Shown here piece after piece: positions 63,353 to 64,000 of a stretch of DNA of 64,000 nucleotides (positions within the stretch are counted from its first letter, which is position 1; each line of letters starts with the position of its first letter). The stretch lies in assembly GCA_041690595.1 (NCBI GenBank), contig JAWLHB010000036.1, positions 1 to 64,000 of the forward strand. Direction: 5' to 3'. The stretch comes from Lentisphaeria bacterium. GTDB taxonomy: Bacteria; Verrucomicrobiota; Lentisphaeria; JABSQK01; JAWLHB01. A program made the position numbers and the translations under genes. The notes below the pieces were generated by a model. The model saw only the letters and a list, made by a program, of their open reading frames with translations, made no database searches and was not told the origin of the DNA.

Positions 63353-64000
63353 ATGCGCCCAGATCCGCTCGACACCACCATCAAGACTCAGACGGCAAGG
63401 ATTCTCCTCGTGGACGACGACGAGGGCATCCGCCGTATGCTGCGCACCTTCCTGCAGCGACTCGGTTACACCGTCGAGATCGCCGTTGATGGACAGGATG
63501 CCGCCGACTGCATGGCCAGCCAGACCTTCAACCTCGTCATCAGCGACATGATCATGCCCAACCGCTCCGGCCTTCAATTGCTGGCCGAGGTCAAGCGCGA
63601 GGCCCCCTGGCTGCCCGTGATCATCATTACCGGCATGCCTGAAGTCGATGCCGCCGTCGAGTGTATGAAGCACGGCGCCTTTGACTACATCACCAAGCCC
63701 TTCGATTTCGAAAAAATCCGCGAAGTCGTCAAGCGAGCGCTGGCGCAGGTGATGGAGCGCCCCATGGGTGACCGCCTCCAAGCGGTTCAGTCCCGCTTCT
63801 TCGGCCATTATCGCATAGAGCGCGTGCTCGGAGAAGGCAACGTCGGCGTTGTCTTCCTTGCCATCAAGGAAGATGATCCCAGCCGTCGCCTGGTGGCGCT
63901 GAAGGTGCTCAAGCAAGGCTTTGTCACACCCGAGGAGCGCCAGCACGTCATCAGCCGCTTCATGGCCGAGGCCGAAATCACGGCCTCCTTCAATCACCCC
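63353..64000 (+). CDS. Receiver domain fused to Hanks-type Ser/Thr kinase (runs off the window)
   Basis: Translated by hand: ILLVDDD..VISD..DYITKPF, then YRIERVLGEGNVGVVF..VALKVL..RFMAEA..NHP. Confidence 0.9.
   Translation, partial: MRPDPLDTTIKTQTARILLVDDDEGIRRMLRTFLQRLGYTVEIAVDGQDAADCMASQTFNLVISDMIMPNRSGLQLLAEVKREAPWLPVIIITGMPEVDAAVECMKHGAFDYITKPFDFEKIREVVKRALAQVMERPMGDRLQAVQSRFFGHYRIERVLGEGNVGVVFLAIKEDDPSRRLVALKVLKQGFVTPEERQHVISRFMAEAEITASFNHP

Overview
High-GC bacterial chromosomal window, probably PVC superphylum and Lentisphaerota-like. This is inferred from a prepilin/H-X9-DG gene in a GntR-controlled glycoside-hydrolase cluster, a DUF4838 protein and a fused GlyQS. In order it contains: an NO-detoxification locus (NnrS-like, Rrf2, qNor, radical SAM) with overlapping divergent sigma70 promoters; a hybrid sensor kinase; a carbohydrate cluster; acs; tRNA-Gln; an nfeD-floA-plsY-gpsA-glmS operon; a converging four-gene unit (PspA/IM30-like coiled coil translationally coupled to a classic AAA ATPase, TerB-like, Cys-rich protein); tRNA-Leu; signalling genes; radC; an orphan terminase-small-subunit-like gene with a 34x TEDS/TEHS tail; an ABC-ATPase/DUF4276 pair whose second gene looks N-terminally deleted; glyQS; moeB/thiOSG; a short alaS; galE; and a partial REC-Ser/Thr kinase. 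Several intergenic gaps hold mosaics of REP-like hairpins and short tandem repeats. No CRISPR array, rRNA, transposase or intact prophage was seen. The best candidates for an undescribed system are the PspA-like/AAA/TerB unit and the orphan TerS-repeat gene. All family calls come from motif recognition by eye, not from database searches.
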